59,658 nt of DNA, filler included, from 6 parts of 6 records of this genome joined end to end with filler, not necessarily neighbours in it, one strand, 5' to 3'. Shown: positions 42,851-52,788, counted from the whole stretch's first letter. Translations and numbers: made by a program. Notes: generated by a model not told the origin, from the letters alone.

Positions 42851-42924
42851 ACTGTTTCAACCTGTGTTCGCTTTAGGTGGCAAATCAGGAACTCTAAAAA
42901 AAGGTAATATATTCCCCCGTTTTT

Positions 42925-44088
42925 TCACCGCCCTTTTTTTACAAGATGAAGACTGTTGCCGCCGGCTTCCTGAAATTGAAAATCAATGCCCTTTTCCCGA
43001 AGGGTTTCATGAAGCTCCCTTTGAAATTCAAATTTTTTGCCAAGGTATCGGATGTCCATTTCAAAGGCTTTGAAATTGTCGTTTCGCACATCCTTTCCCT
43101 TGAATCCGCCCAGGTTTTCAATGATTCCGATAATAGTGAAAATTTCGTTTTGATTAAAGTTGGTAAAGAGGCAGGCGTACCGGGTGCCGTTCAGGAATTG
43201 CCTTCCGATATGGGCAACTGTTTCCTCCAAAACCGATTCGGCCACCCTTTTTGCCATTTGCCTGGCCTTTTTTTCCGTCATCGGGTTTTCATTCACATGA
43301 TCTATTGCCGTCCGAACAGTCCTGACATTTTTATAGTCGCTTGCCGAAGCGATGATTTCAGACGTTGCCGGCGCCACCACCTTCAAGCTTACATCAATGG
43401 ATGCTTCGGCAAAGTATTTGTTCCTGATGTCGGTTCTTTCGACCGAACCCACATCAAGAACCAAAAGGAGATCCGCCGCCTTTTTGAGGGCCATGCCCGA
43501 AAGATCGGGCACGTTCGGGGAAGCCCGGCCCGAACGAAGAATTTCGTTCTGAACGTCGCGAACAAGGGTTTTATCCAGCAAAAGAAATCCTTTCCGGATA
43601 AATGCGTTGTTCACGGTCTGCTCCACGGCAGACACGATTCCGCAATTCCCCGGCAAGGATGCGCGCCTTCCCGGCACGTAGACGGTCATGAAACGGGGAT
43701 TTCCGTATCTTTTAATCAGATTTGCAAGCGCTCTGTAGTCGTCCTTTATGCTGGCCAATTGGACCGTTGCCTTCACACAAACCTCATGGGCATTACCCAC
43801 ATTCTTTCTGCCCTCCGAAATGACCGTGTACGTTTTTACATACCCGGATGATTGGGAATAGATGATGTTCCGGACCATTTGGTCATTTTTTATGATGGTT
43901 TGCGAGTCTAAAACGGCGCCCAATCCCTGTTCAACGGCGTTTCTTTGCGCATCCTCAATGGCGGCACTTCTGGTGGTTCCGGTTCCGCACGCCTTGACCT
44001 TTTTCGGATCCGCATTACAAAAGGAAGCATGTAGGACAATTCCCAATCCCAGGATTGTCCACAAAAGAAAGAATCTGCCGGCTTTCAT
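42925..44088 (-). CDS. Exported protein with FlgT N-terminal/LPP20-like domain
   Basis: Signal peptide followed by VKACGTG...AAIEDAQRNAVEQGLG.LDSQT...SSGYVKTY...VCVKATV and an alpha/beta middle domain (GNPRFM). Confidence 0.65.
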   Translation of the reverse strand: MKAGRFFLLWTILGLGIVLHASFCNADPKKVKACGTGTTRSAAIEDAQRNAVEQGLGAVLDSQTIIKNDQMVRNIIYSQSSGYVKTYTVISEGRKNVGNAHEVCVKATVQLASIKDDYRALANLIKRYGNPRFMTVYVPGRRASLPGNCGIVSAVEQTVNNAFIRKGFLLLDKTLVRDVQNEILRSGRASPNVPDLSGMALKKAADLLLVLDVGSVERTDIRNKYFAEASIDVSLKVVAPATSEIIASASDYKNVRTVRTAIDHVNENPMTEKKARQMAKRVAESVLEETVAHIGRQFLNGTRYACLFTNFNQNEIFTIIGIIENLGGFKGKDVRNDNFKAFEMDIRYLGKKFEFQRELHETLREKGIDFQFQEAGGNSLHLVKKGR

Positions 44089-44141
44089 CAGAACCTCCCA
44101 AAAAATCCTTCCAGCTGTTTCAGTTTAAAAATGAAAATTGA

Positions 44142-44726
44142 CTAATAACCGAATAACGGTTTCTTGATGACTTTGCGCACTTGCCCCACGTCCGTCCAGT
44201 ATTCCCCAGTTGCAAAGTCCTCCACTTTTAATGAAAACATATAGGAAACGTCCTTCATGCTTTGGCTGATGCTCCGTATTCCAGTCAATTCGCCATATAT
44301 ACGGTAGCGGGGAGAGGTTTGATCTTTTAGGAATCGCTCTCTGGCTTTATCGCTGATTCTACGATTTATTTCAACTATAGCTGCTTCATCGGAGCGATCC
44401 AATTCAGAGTAATCCACCACGAACTTTATATGTCTGTATCCAAGCCTTTTTTGCAATTTTGCTACGATGAGATCCGTTATGGCTTTCGTACTGATATGCT
44501 CAGATGTTTTATTATAAATTCTGTCCACCCTTATGACGCTATTGGACGGAAAAGGGAATTGTAGCAATGATTCCACCATTGAGTCCGCAATAAGTTGTTG
44601 GTCTGTTGTCTGATAGCCTGAACTGACATCCGTAACTTCTCCGGACCTCACATAAACGCCTCCACCGCATCCCCCCAAAAAAGCCAGACTCAAAATGATC
44701 AAGAAAACTTTTCCGTACACTTTCAT
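44142..44726 (-). CDS. LpoB/CsgG-like lipoprotein
   Basis: Lipobox LGGC, DQQLIADSMVESLL, NKTSEHI and YMFSLKVEDFATGEYW. Confidence 0.7.
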   Translation of the reverse strand: MKVYGKVFLIILSLAFLGGCGGGVYVRSGEVTDVSSGYQTTDQQLIADSMVESLLQFPFPSNSVIRVDRIYNKTSEHISTKAITDLIVAKLQKRLGYRHIKFVVDYSELDRSDEAAIVEINRRISDKARERFLKDQTSPRYRIYGELTGIRSISQSMKDVSYMFSLKVEDFATGEYWTDVGQVRKVIKKPLFGY

Positions 44727-44761
44727 TCCTTTTCCTCCTTGTTTGATTTACGCCAATGGCT

Positions 44762-45772
44762 TTAAAACAGCTTACCGATGGCGACATAATAAAGCCCGGC
44801 CCGGGTGTCTTCCCATTGGGCCACCACCGGCATGGCCTTGATGAAGCCCGAGACCCTTGCCTCCTCCACCGAAATAAAACTGGACAGCATCTCATGTTTT
44901 GCGCCGGTTTCACCGAGTACCAGAATCTCCCCGTCCGTCAGACATTCCACCGTCGAAAGCGTGATCCCCTTCTTGTGGCCCAGCACGGACCGCATGGCCT
45001 TGATCTTGGCGATCCTTTGAGCATTGGCAACGGACCCCTTCAGCTTTGTGGCCCCGACCGCCACCAGGGCCTTTCGGCCGTCCGGCAGATAAAATCCCCG
45101 GATCCCGCCGTGAGTGCGCAGAACCGGAGACGCATGAATGATCGCGTTCAGGAGTGCCCGGGGGTCCATTTGTTTGCCAACGGTTGAAACCGGGGGACCA
45201 TTTCCCGTGGGTCTACCGGATCCCTTCAGGATTCTTCCCACCGCCACATACAACACGTTCCGTTTGGAAGCCCGCCAGGCGCCGATGATGGGCATCCTTT
45301 TGACGATCCCCGCCACCCGGGATTCGGTCACCTGGAAACAGGTGGAAAGGGCGACCTTTTTCCCTTTTATCCAGACCGGTCCGGAGGCATTGTCGAACCC
45401 GCGGGATGTCTTGATTTCAATGCCGTCCCGGAGCGCCAGGACCGCCGTTCGGGCCCGGATTTCCGCTTTCCGCCGGGCTTCCAGGACCTTTGCGGGATCC
45501 GTCCCGTCTATCACGGATTTTCCGATCCCCACGACCGCCGAAAGGCCGTTTTGAGCGGAAATGACCTCCGCGCCGCCCGTTGCCATGAATTCCGCATGGG
45601 GAATCAGAACATCCCTAAAAGGCGCTTCAATATGTAGGTCCCGAAAGGGCGATGCTCCGGCGAACGCGGGAGGGATCGCCGGCAGGGCCAATGACAGAAA
45701 TAATCCGGTCAATGCCAAAACAAGAGACCCTGTTTTTCCTCCGGGTATGAAGCCTGCTTTGGTGTTATCCAA
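44762..45772 (-). CDS. Exported protein with two tandem LPP20-like modules
   Basis: Internal duplication: VVGIG...ARRKAEIRA...VAGIVKRMPIIGAW...LYVAVG versus LVAVG...AQRIAKIKA...VSGFIKAMPVVAQW...YYVAIG. Confidence 0.65.
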   Translation of the reverse strand: MDNTKAGFIPGGKTGSLVLALTGLFLSLALPAIPPAFAGASPFRDLHIEAPFRDVLIPHAEFMATGGAEVISAQNGLSAVVGIGKSVIDGTDPAKVLEARRKAEIRARTAVLALRDGIEIKTSRGFDNASGPVWIKGKKVALSTCFQVTESRVAGIVKRMPIIGAWRASKRNVLYVAVGRILKGSGRPTGNGPPVSTVGKQMDPRALLNAIIHASPVLRTHGGIRGFYLPDGRKALVAVGATKLKGSVANAQRIAKIKAMRSVLGHKKGITLSTVECLTDGEILVLGETGAKHEMLSSFISVEEARVSGFIKAMPVVAQWEDTRAGLYYVAIGKLF

Positions 45773-45801
45773 TTTCGGTCCACCTTAATAGAGGTTGATC
45801 G

Positions 45802-47388
45802 TTATTCCGCTGTTGTTGCAGGATCCGGGCCTTTTTTACGGACTGCTTTTTTGAATGCGCCGTAGGATTCCCGCACCCAGGGGGTCGGGCTCTCTTTTAC
45901 GGCGTCTTGTTCAAAGTAGTAGCCGGCGGTCTTCATCAACCCCAGTTTTTGGCAGCAAAGGCCCAGATTGGTCAATGCATAGTCGTAGAAGGGTTTGAGC
46001 TTGAGGGCCTGCCACAAAAAGGGGAGGGCCAGGGTGGGCCTGTCCAGATGCCTGAAACAGGCGCCCAACAGGTTGTAGGTCTCCGGTGAAAAGGGTTGTT
46101 TCTCGCATGCCGCCATGAGCAGTCGGACCACTTTGCCCAGGTCATGGTCGGTTTTGGCCTCCATGAAACCTTTCTGAGCCTCAAAGTAAAGGGGATCCGG
46201 TTTTTGGGGTGCTCCCGCAACGACCCGGCCCAGGCTCAGGATGACCATGTAAGGGACGGAACCATCCTCCAGAACGCGGAGCGTCACGTTCCAGTTCACG
46301 GGCAGGGACACGGCATCCGAGCCGTCCCCTTGGGGTTCAAGACGGGAAAGAAGATAATCATAGAGTTGGGCCTCGGGATTTTGAAGGGCCTTCAAGGCGG
46401 CGGTGGTTTTTGAAAGCGCCTGCCCAAGGCACGTTCCGTCTCGAAACGCTTGGTCCGCGGCCAGGATGGCGAAAGCGGGTTTTTTTTCCTCCGTTAGGAA
46501 ATAATCCGCCAAAACCAGATAGGCCCCGGAATAGTCCGGCGTCAGGTCCAGAACACGGGTGATGAGCGCTAAAGCATTTTTCCAATTGGATGCAAAAGCC
46601 AGTTTTTGGGCGTTTGTGGTTAATCGGGCGGCGCGGGAGAGACGGTTTTGAAGGGCGAACGGTTCCAGTTGCGGGTTTAGCCTTTGTTTTTCCCGGGATG
46701 GGACGAAACAGGAGGCCAGAGCCTTCAAACCTTGCTTTTCATACCAGCGGCCGATCCGTTTTCGGACCCTGCGGCCAAGGCTGGAATAGGGTGAAACATG
46801 ATTTAAACAGAAACCGAGACCTTCCGATGTGACGATTTCGGAGTCCAAGTAGCGGGTAATGACCGAAGAAAGATCCGGAAAACCACAGGGAAGGTCTTCA
46901 ACGGACTTCAAAGGTACGGAAACCGTCGTGAAATGGATTCGGCCCTCTTCCCATTGGCGTATGACCTCGGTCCCTTTTAAGGCCACGGGGCCGAGGAGCG
47001 GCAATAGCATCTGTTCAAGGCGTTTTTGCGCGGCAGGTTCCAGTGTTTCCATCAGATGCCTACATGAAGAAAAGACATAAGCCAACTGGAGGGCTCGCAG
47101 AAGAGACTTCTTGCGTGCCAATTCATGAACCTTGTCCGGTCTGATGTGATTTGCCGTGATTGCCATGCCCGTGGCATAGAGGTGTTGCCCCTTTGTCAGT
47201 GCCCCGGTTTGGTGCTTAAGGGGATCGGGGATTCCGTTCCATGGATTGTCCGCTGCCATGGCCTGACCGGTGGGGTTTCCCATAAACAGGCAGGCGGCCA
47301 TAAGAAATATGGACCCCAATGGGAAATGAATGTGTTTTTTCGCTATTCCGGCGTTTATTCCGGAACTTCTTTGCGGAAAAAAGTCCAT
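45802..47388 (-). CDS. Exported protein with N-terminal LPP20-like module and TPR repeats
   Basis: Signal peptide ending AMA, LYATG...LARKKSLLRA, and TPR PETYNLLGACFR...QALKLKP.YDYALTNLG. Confidence 0.65.
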   Translation of the reverse strand: MDFFPQRSSGINAGIAKKHIHFPLGSIFLMAACLFMGNPTGQAMAADNPWNGIPDPLKHQTGALTKGQHLYATGMAITANHIRPDKVHELARKKSLLRALQLAYVFSSCRHLMETLEPAAQKRLEQMLLPLLGPVALKGTEVIRQWEEGRIHFTTVSVPLKSVEDLPCGFPDLSSVITRYLDSEIVTSEGLGFCLNHVSPYSSLGRRVRKRIGRWYEKQGLKALASCFVPSREKQRLNPQLEPFALQNRLSRAARLTTNAQKLAFASNWKNALALITRVLDLTPDYSGAYLVLADYFLTEEKKPAFAILAADQAFRDGTCLGQALSKTTAALKALQNPEAQLYDYLLSRLEPQGDGSDAVSLPVNWNVTLRVLEDGSVPYMVILSLGRVVAGAPQKPDPLYFEAQKGFMEAKTDHDLGKVVRLLMAACEKQPFSPETYNLLGACFRHLDRPTLALPFLWQALKLKPFYDYALTNLGLCCQKLGLMKTAGYYFEQDAVKESPTPWVRESYGAFKKAVRKKGPDPATTAE

Positions 47389-47391
47389 CTT

Positions 47392-48939
47392 CTACCAGGC
47401 ATCCTTGTCCGCGCCCTGACCGGATGAAATCAGACCCTTGCGTGATGGTGGGTTTTCCGGTGGGCGTCTGGGGGGGGTTGCCCGGGCGCCCTTATCGACA
47501 CCGTGATCGATGGCGTTTTTCAGATCTTCGGACAGTACCTGGGCGGAGGGAGACCACATCATCACTTCCATAACCATGGGTTTTCCCGTGAAATGGTGGA
47601 GCAGTTCCCGGGAGATCAGTCCATGCAGCCCCCTGATGGGCTGCCTTTTGGCTACGGCGGTGATTTTTTCCTGGAATTGGCTGATGGATCTGTATTCTTG
47701 CGCGCCTTCGTCGCCCTGCCCGTCGGCCATTTCAGAAGCATATAGCGCCAGAACTTCCTTCAGATCTTCCGAAAGGGCAAATTTCACCCGCTCCCCCATG
47801 AACGTCCGTATGGCCGACATGGCCCGCAACCGCGCCTTTTTCCCGGCCAGTTCAAACGCCTTGTCTTCCCTGCCGCCGTAAACATGAACCCCCGCCTGAC
47901 CGAAGGCGAGCAGGACGGATTCTCCATGTTCATCCACGAATGCCCTCACGCCGGTCAGGCAGGACAACTCACGGGGGTTTTTCGGCAACTGTTTGGCCAC
48001 TTCCCTTTTGGCGGTTTTGCGGGACAATCCTTTGGGGGCCCTACCCGTTGCCATGGATTCCACCAGGCGTTGGAGATTGAGGGACCAGAGAGTAACCACC
48101 GCCACTTCGTAGTTGCCGTGGTAGGAGCCTTCAAAGGCCTGGATCACCTGGGTCCCCTGGACTTGGGCAAAGGAACAGGCCGCTGCTTTAACCGACGTCT
48201 CGCTGATGCTTCTGAGTTGCAGGCGTCTGTTCTTTTCAGCTCTTGCTTCCGCCCTCCTCCGTTCCGTTATGGATTTTTCAGCCGCAAGATCCACGCCGGA
48301 CTCTTCAAGGGCCTTGTCCAGTTTGGCACCCGCCAACCGGGTACTCTTTCTGAACAAACCATAGACATCCTCCTTGATGCCGGTTTTTTCTATGTTTTTC
48401 TGAATGGTGGGGCTCGTGTTGACGATCTCTTCCAGAGCAGCCCGTTCCCGCGGATTGATTTCCCGTTCCGAAGCCCCCCTTTCAGTGGTTAGATCCACCC
48501 CCAGAAAAAGGGCCGTTTTGGCCTTGGCGTTCAATTCAGCTCGTTGAAAGGCCAGGTAACGGCTGTCTATATAATTCTTATTAGACGGGGTTGCATTAAT
48601 GGTCGCGGAACCGATGCTGATATAGACCAGCTTATGGTCCACCATATTCCTTCCCTCATACAACTCCGGCGTTTGATCGGCCAACCAGTCTTCAGCCGCC
48701 TTTTTGGGCCGTTCACCCACGGACAGTTTTCCGGGATGCGTTAACGTTTGGCTCACGACCCTTACCCCGGGGCTGGTGGTCAGAACCTTCCACTCCCCCG
48801 TTTCAATGGAAATGGCCGCCTTTTCCTGCTTTCCCGGTTCCTGGGCCATGGCAAAGCCGCACCCGGCAGACAGACAACCGAGCACACACCACCCGACCCG
48901 GAAAGCACGCTTCAATCCTTGTTTGATCGTGGCTTGCAT
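47392..48939 (-). CDS. Exported DUF6844/LPP20-like protein
   Basis: Signal peptide ending AMA-Q, YIDSRYLAFQRAELNAKA, GVRAFVDEHGESVLLAFGQ and WSP. GGAGG RBS upstream. Confidence 0.65.
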   Translation of the reverse strand: MQATIKQGLKRAFRVGWCVLGCLSAGCGFAMAQEPGKQEKAAISIETGEWKVLTTSPGVRVVSQTLTHPGKLSVGERPKKAAEDWLADQTPELYEGRNMVDHKLVYISIGSATINATPSNKNYIDSRYLAFQRAELNAKAKTALFLGVDLTTERGASEREINPRERAALEEIVNTSPTIQKNIEKTGIKEDVYGLFRKSTRLAGAKLDKALEESGVDLAAEKSITERRRAEARAEKNRRLQLRSISETSVKAAACSFAQVQGTQVIQAFEGSYHGNYEVAVVTLWSLNLQRLVESMATGRAPKGLSRKTAKREVAKQLPKNPRELSCLTGVRAFVDEHGESVLLAFGQAGVHVYGGREDKAFELAGKKARLRAMSAIRTFMGERVKFALSEDLKEVLALYASEMADGQGDEGAQEYRSISQFQEKITAVAKRQPIRGLHGLISRELLHHFTGKPMVMEVMMWSPSAQVLSEDLKNAIDHGVDKGARATPPRRPPENPPSRKGLISSGQGADKDAW

Positions 48940-49201
48940 TGGACATCTCCTCCAAAAAGTGATCCCTAGAATGATGTAAAAAGGAATGAGAATGGTTTCA
49001 GGGCGGAGAAGGTTTGCACCTTTCCCGGCGACCTTGAAAGAACAAATGAGCAGTTTCTACTACCTAGTTCGATCGTGATTTGCGCTCACCCCTAAAATTA
49101 CAAATGAAATATTATTTCTAAACAGAGACAAAGTGATATGTCAACAATTTTAGATAGTTGTTTTTACATTTTTATCATACAAAATTGATGTGATTTTTAA
49201 T

Positions 49202-49301
49202 NNNNNNNNNNNNNNNNNNNNNNNNNNNNNNNNNNNNNNNNNNNNTTAATTAATTAANNNNNNNNNNNNNNNNNNNNNNNNNNNNNNNNNNNNNNNNNNN
49301 N
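49202..49301. other. Artificial contig spacer
   Basis: N44-TTAATTAATTAA-N44. Confidence 0.98.
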
Positions 49302-49330
49302 ACAGTTGACAGTTGACAGTTGACAGTTGA
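49302..49330. repeat. Heptamer tandem repeat (ACAGTTG)x4
   Basis: ACAGTTG ACAGTTG ACAGTTG ACAGTTG at the contig edge. Confidence 0.9.
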
Positions 49331-49369
49331 AGGTAAAAAAACAATCACATATAATAAATGATTATGATT

Positions 49370-49494
49370 TGTCATCCCGGAAAGCGGAATATAGTGTAGC
49401 TTATCCGGGATCTAAATTACTTTAATCCTCCCACAAAAACATAACGAATAAGAAAGATCCCGGATAAGATCCTGTGGATCTTTCCGGGATGACA
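49370..49494. repeat. Nested inverted repeat (REP/REPIN/MITE-like)
   Basis: Outer arms TGTCATCCCGGAAAG / CTTTCCGGGATGACA (15 bp). Inner arms CTTATCCGGGATCT / AGATCCCGGATAAG (14 bp). Confidence 0.85.
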
Positions 49495-49516
49495 TGGTAA
49501 CTGAAATTAATATACA

Positions 49517-49542
49517 AGGGACGAAAGATATTTCGTCCCTAC
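49517..49542 (-). repeat. GTAG-type REP hairpin
   Basis: Minus strand GTAGGGACGAAA-TATC-TTTCGTCCCT. Confidence 0.7.
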
Positions 49543-49581
49543 AAAAGAAAATTCCCAGTGCCCAGTGCTCAGCGCTTGAAT

Positions 49582-50712
49582 TTATTCGTATCCAAATTCC
49601 TTAAAGTAAAAATCAAGTTCCTTGCGAACACGTGCCTTTTGTTCAGGTGATAATTCCTTAAATACATTTTTCTTGTAATTCTTGACTTCTTCAAGGTGCT
49701 TATTGATCGCAGGTTCCACCTGTTTAAATTCGGGCAAACTTAATTCATCATAGATCTTTTTAACTGTTTCATAGGGCTTGTCAGAAAGATCCTGATAGGG
49801 TACTTCGATCAAGTTACCTTCCGGGATCAGTTGGCGGTCATCCAGATATTTCTGCAAGGTTTCACGGGACATATACATGACAAGATCTTCGATCTCCTGA
49901 TCGCTGACTTCCTGTAGGAACTGAGTTCTCACCACCCGGTCATACATATGAAGGGTTGAAAGAAATACCGTGTAGGGATCACGATGCAAAAAGATGAACT
50001 TTGCATGAGGGAATAGCTCTAATAATTCTTTGACCCGGCCTGTATTATGCGGATTTTTCAGAAGCAAGGGCTTGCGATTATTATACAAACTGATGTTTCT
50101 AAGCAAGTAGATATAATCCCGTTGCCATAATCTTTTTTCTCGAACAGAGATCCCCTTGAACACATTATACTTATCAAAGTACATGCGATTGCGGGGAAAG
50201 AAAAATGTATTCATCCCGGTACGGGTGGATATCATGCTGAATGGTTGTTCTTCTTCTGCCGGATAGCTTGGTCCAACCTTGATATTGTCCTGCGAACGTT
50301 CATCGGGGAACAGCGGTTTTGACAGCGCCCGGACAACGCGTTTACTCAGCAAGGCAACGGTAAAAACAAATGTTTGGTAGTTACTCAAATATCCAAAACG
50401 TTTATCCAGATGCAACATATTGTGTAAAAAAGTTGTACCTGTTCTCCAATGTCCCAGAACAAATAAGGGAGGATTGTCTTCAAAATTAATACGCTTCAGA
50501 TTTCGACGATTCAGGTTATTCTGAAGAAGCTGTAAGGGGCGTGAAAGATAGGTCATGAAGGCTATGCGCCTGGTCATGGGACGATATTTTTTATCGATGG
50601 TGTTTTCACGCTTCAGTTTTCTCCAGACATCAGGGCGTGCAAGATACAGTTGATGCTGGGAGATCACATACTTCTTCTTGGGGTTCTTATGATCGTTCTT
50701 GATAATGTCCAT
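49582..50712 (-). CDS. PAPS-dependent sulfotransferase
   Basis: 5'-PSB LGHWRTGTTFLH, LLKNPHNT, FIFLHRDPY...S and a PAEEE motif. Confidence 0.9.
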   Translation of the reverse strand: MDIIKNDHKNPKKKYVISQHQLYLARPDVWRKLKRENTIDKKYRPMTRRIAFMTYLSRPLQLLQNNLNRRNLKRINFEDNPPLFVLGHWRTGTTFLHNMLHLDKRFGYLSNYQTFVFTVALLSKRVVRALSKPLFPDERSQDNIKVGPSYPAEEEQPFSMISTRTGMNTFFFPRNRMYFDKYNVFKGISVREKRLWQRDYIYLLRNISLYNNRKPLLLKNPHNTGRVKELLELFPHAKFIFLHRDPYTVFLSTLHMYDRVVRTQFLQEVSDQEIEDLVMYMSRETLQKYLDDRQLIPEGNLIEVPYQDLSDKPYETVKKIYDELSLPEFKQVEPAINKHLEEVKNYKKNVFKELSPEQKARVRKELDFYFKEFGYE

Positions 50713-50718
50713 ATAAGA

Positions 50719-52620
50719 TCACTTGTTTTGTATGATTTCTACTATAGCTTCGATATTTTTGTTCTCAATGTCAAGTGCCACATCAGGATTTTCGGGGACT
50801 TCATAAGGAGCATCCACACCGGCCAGATGTTGCAGTTTTCCTTCTTCGGCTTTCTTATATAGAGCGGGTTCATTCTTTTTACTTGTTGCAAGATCCGTTG
50901 CCATATATACCAGAGAGAATTTATCTTTTCCGATGATCTCGGCGATCTGATCCCGGGTATCCTTCAATGGTGAAATGAAAGTACAGATCGTTATGATCCC
51001 CTGTTCATTCAGTAGACGACATACTTCAGCGACCCTGCGAAGGTGTTCGGCTCGGTCGGCTGATGAATAATCCAATTCTCTGGATAAACCGGAGCGCACA
51101 TTATTCCCATCTAAAAGGACAGTTACATGTCCCAGGTCAAAAAGACGTTTTTCCAACATGTACGCAACATCTGTTTTACCGCTGCCATGCAGTCCGGTGA
51201 TCCAGATCGTCTGACCTTTTTGCTGATATTTTGTTTCGCGCTCTTTTGTACTGACAAGACTTTCGCCCTCAGCGATCTTCTTGCGTTCAACATCCGTAAT
51301 ACGGCTGGGTAAGTCTTCTGCGCTTACACGATCAATGATCATACCTACAGCACAGGTATTGTGAGTAACCGGATCGATAAGAATGAAGGAGCCCGTTTCA
51401 CGATTCTTTTCATAGGCATCAAAAAACAGTGTCTTACTGGTTGTCATAACCACGCGACCGATCTCGTTCAGTTTAAAATGATCCACTTCAGAACGATGCA
51501 TGGTATTTACATCGATCTTATAACGGATCGTGTCAACTCTTGCTTTGGTCAGATTGGTTGTTTGCTTAATGATAAAATTCGTATTCGGGTTCATATCATT
51601 TTCATCCATCCACACCAGCATGGCTTCAAAATGACGTTCGATACGCGGTTGGTTGTTCGGGTGGACCAACATATCCCCGCGAGAAATATCAATTTCATCC
51701 TCCAGCGTCAGTGTAACACTTTGCGGCGGGAAGGCATAATCAAGTTCACCGTCGTATGTGACGATCTCTTTGACTTTGCTGGTCTTGCGTGAAGGCAGAA
51801 CCATCAGTTCATCACCTTTGCGGACGATACCACTGGCAACCTTGGCAGAAAAACCGCGGAAGTTGTGTTCGGGACGAAGCACATACTGCACGGGATAGCG
51901 CAGGTCTGTAAAATTCCTATCTGAAGACACATGTATGGTTTCCAATAATTCCAGGATAGGCTGGCCTTTGTACCATGGCATATTTTTAGAGAGGTTTACC
52001 ACATTATCGCCGTTAAGGGCTGACATTGGAATAAAGTGAATATCCGGAATATTCAATCTTGTAAGAAAGGCTTTATAATCTTCACAAATTTGATTGAAAA
52101 CTTCTTCTTTATAATCGACAAGATCCATTTTATTGACTGCCAGAACAACATGTTTGATACCCAGGAGTGAGATCAAAAATGTATGTCGTTTTGTCTGTGT
52201 GATCACACCATTTGATGCATCTACTAGAATAATAGCCAGGTTTGCAGTAGAGGCGCCGGTCACCATATTACGGGTATACTGTTCATGGCCCGGTGTATCT
52301 GCAATGATGAATTTACGGCGGTTCGTTGAAAAATAGCGGTAAGCAACGTCAATGGTGATACCCTGCTCACGTTCGGCCTTTAAACCATCCAGCAAAAGTG
52401 CATAATCGATCTTTTCACCGGCATGACCAACTCGTTTGCTGTCACGCTCAAGTGCTACTAATTGATCTTCATATAAACGTTTCGAATCGAACAATAAACG
52501 CCCGATCAGGGTTGACTTCCCATCATCGACCGAACCGGCGGTCAAAAGACGAAGCAGGTCTTTCTTTTCATCCTGCGCGAGAAATTCTTCTATTTTTAAT
52601 GCTTGTGTTTTGTTTTCCAT
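50719..52620 (-). CDS. cysN: Sulfate adenylyltransferase subunit 1 fused to an APS-kinase-like domain (CysNC)
   Basis: [29 protein letters not shown] and NKMD, with C-terminal TGLHGSGKT. Confidence 0.95.
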   Translation of the reverse strand: MENKTQALKIEEFLAQDEKKDLLRLLTAGSVDDGKSTLIGRLLFDSKRLYEDQLVALERDSKRVGHAGEKIDYALLLDGLKAEREQGITIDVAYRYFSTNRRKFIIADTPGHEQYTRNMVTGASTANLAIILVDASNGVITQTKRHTFLISLLGIKHVVLAVNKMDLVDYKEEVFNQICEDYKAFLTRLNIPDIHFIPMSALNGDNVVNLSKNMPWYKGQPILELLETIHVSSDRNFTDLRYPVQYVLRPEHNFRGFSAKVASGIVRKGDELMVLPSRKTSKVKEIVTYDGELDYAFPPQSVTLTLEDEIDISRGDMLVHPNNQPRIERHFEAMLVWMDENDMNPNTNFIIKQTTNLTKARVDTIRYKIDVNTMHRSEVDHFKLNEIGRVVMTTSKTLFFDAYEKNRETGSFILIDPVTHNTCAVGMIIDRVSAEDLPSRITDVERKKIAEGESLVSTKERETKYQQKGQTIWITGLHGSGKTDVAYMLEKRLFDLGHVTVLLDGNNVRSGLSRELDYSSADRAEHLRRVAEVCRLLNEQGIITICTFISPLKDTRDQIAEIIGKDKFSLVYMATDLATSKKNEPALYKKAEEGKLQHLAGVDAPYEVPENPDVALDIENKNIEAIVEIIQNK

Positions 52621-52630
52621 GTTTCCTTAG

Positions 52631-52787
52631 CTCTCGGCTGTCAGCAATTAGCTTTCAGCATCATCTAATATTTGTTTTGTTTCTTTATCATTTCAATTGC
52701 TCTGTCTCATGAATAGATCTTTCGACTTCGCTCAAGATGACAGTTAAAACGGCATTTCAACTCGTCACTCGTTACTAGTTACCAGTC
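52631..52787. repeat. Degenerate heptamer runs and a half REP-like element between cysD and cysN
   Basis: CTCTCGG CTGTCAG CAATTAG CTTTCAG (52631), AGATCTTTCGACTTCGCTCAAGATGACA (52715), and ACTCGTC ACTCGTT ACTAGTT ACCAGTC (52760). Confidence 0.6.
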
Positions 52788-52788
52788 A

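Noticed and set aside
42946-43851. Long antisense ORFs (e.g. 42946-43851, 54856-55686, 37698-38381, 57372-57983)
   Set aside because: They lie wholly opposite well-supported genes in GC-rich contigs and show no protein motifs. Shadow ORFs.
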